This document shows positions 62,480 to 64,000 of a DNA stretch of 64,000 bases, piece by piece (position 1 is the first letter of the stretch; every line of letters starts with the position of its first letter). Below the pieces are notes generated by a model. It had not been told where the DNA came from and did not search any database. It saw nothing but the letters and a program-made list of their open reading frames with translations. The position numbers and the translations under genes were made by a program. Origin of the DNA: Tubulanus polymorphus (taxonomy: Eukaryota; Animalia; Nemertea). Location of the stretch: the NCBI RefSeq assembly GCF_964204645.1, contig NC_134026.1, positions 8,951,950-9,015,949 of the forward strand, read 5' to 3'.

Positions 62480-62890
62480 TGTCTTATTTTTCAACAGTCA
62501 ACTTGACGATCTAGTCCGTTTTGCATCTGATCCCCCTTATTCATCCCCATTATCCATTGATCCCACTTTTAAATTTGGTAAGTTCCATGTAACACCAATT
62601 TCTTTTCGCCATTTGCATCTACTCTCTAAAAGGTATGACAAACCGCCTGTTTTTACTGGCCCTGTTTTTATCCATTAACGTAAATCAGAGGATGATTATA
62701 AAACGTTTTTTGAATGTCTCTCATCATCGAATCCGGATGTGAATAATGTAATCGCTTTTGGGACTGATGGCGAATCAGCTTTAAGTGATGCCGCCAATAT
62801 GGCATTTACAAACGCTATCCATTAGTTGCCGAAATCATTTCCGAAATAACGTCAAGGAAAAACTAAAAAATCTGAAAATTGATGTTACTG
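62480..62890 (+). mobile_element. MULE transposase fragment
   Basis: QLDDLVRF, LSIDPTFKFGKFHVT, GPVFIH, AFGTDGESAL, CRNH. Confidence 0.8.
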
Positions 62891-63722
62891 ACTCCAGGCG
62901 TCACTGCACTCAAAATCAGCCAATCAGAGATGATGGAAGAGTAGATTTTTGTGGACCGTAACCATATCCAGAAAAATAACCACTCCCTACATCTTACGTA
63001 TTTCAATTTACAAATTAAGTTTTACCAGATTGTGACTTCTGTTTTACGAATGGGCCTAACACGTTTTCCGTTTAATAATTGGCCCCAGGCCCAGTTACCA
63101 AAGGGTGCATTTAACCTGCAAACCATAACTCATAAAACGCTGCTCGTAATTCGTAGTGCCCTTGCTTCAGATAGCTCCTACTTTATCATTCAAGACTATG
63201 TCAATGTGGTATTATGGAAAATACCCATTAACCAATAATTATAGTTTATATGTCAGATTTCCCCTTTCAGTTTATCATAACGCATGTACGTGTTGCTAGC
63301 ATTCTTGTAAACTTGTAACCATGTTTTTCACACCTAATGCACCAGCAATTTCAATTGATACCAAAATCTATACATTCTTCTCCATTATACCAGAATGCTC
63401 GTAATTCCATGAGATTGAGGCTACTTCCGCTACGTCACTGACGTCGTTGCTGACTTCCGTCACCTTTAGACGAATCAGTTCTCTTTTTTTTTGTTGAACT
63501 ATATCTTTCGACATATCCTCTAAGCCGTATTATTACCTTTTTAATGTAAGTCTTCGGAATTCGTTGAATATCTGTAGCTTTTTACTTGTAAATTATTAAA
63601 TTTACCTTTGTCTTAGGTCTTGTGTTTGCTCATCTATTTAGCTTATGTCTTTTAGGCCTAGGCCCTAGCTATCTATTTATTTTTCTATTAGACTTTTCGG
63701 ACCCGTTGGGTATCTTTTCACC

Positions 63723-64000
63723 ATGCAGTTTAATTTAGAGTATGCTCCTCTTGACATCGGTCAAGAAGTTGAAATTGAATCCCACGTCGTTGACGATGAG
63801 GATTACATGGCTTCGGCCATCAATGAAGGCCGTCAGAGCCGTCCGAGCAGAACTTCTACTGCGTCTTCAGATAATAACATTATTCCTCAGAGAATAGTTA
63901 AATCGAATAAACCGTCCACGGTTTCTAAACCATCATCATCTAGTCCTGTTAAATCTCAACAGATTGTGGATAGTGTTTCAACTAATCCTGTTATGTCAAG
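63723..64000 (+). other. Open reading frame running off the window end, unassigned
   Basis: ATG at 63723, MQFNLEYAPLDIGQEVEIESH..., Ser-rich, no stop before 64000. Confidence 0.3.

Overview
AT-rich, intron-rich animal (invertebrate-like) genomic DNA. 1-20.3 kb holds two spliced minus-strand host genes, SERAC1 (~1239-11557) and DNAJC21 (14640-20312; first coding exon not found in the window), with ordinary MITEs, LINE remnants and microsatellites. From ~20.6 kb on the window is a dense, degraded, mostly plus-strand mosaic of piggyBac, Mutator, Gypsy (chromodomain + env-like), Maverick/Polinton-type and Penelope pieces. Its centre carries an endogenous flavi-like virus sequence in genome order (M-E with fusion loop, NS1 ending at a UUUAAC-type slippery site and stop, a non-coding stretch, NS5), lying between the LTR/PBS/gag start and the integrase/chromodomain/env end of Gypsy sequence. 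A 7.4-kb element with a 6-bp TSD and ~150-nt self-complementary hairpin ends splits a protein-primed PolB gene. The strand bias and position suggest a piRNA-cluster-like locus, possibly inside DNAJC21 intron 1 (inference). All family calls are from motif recognition by eye; no searches were run.
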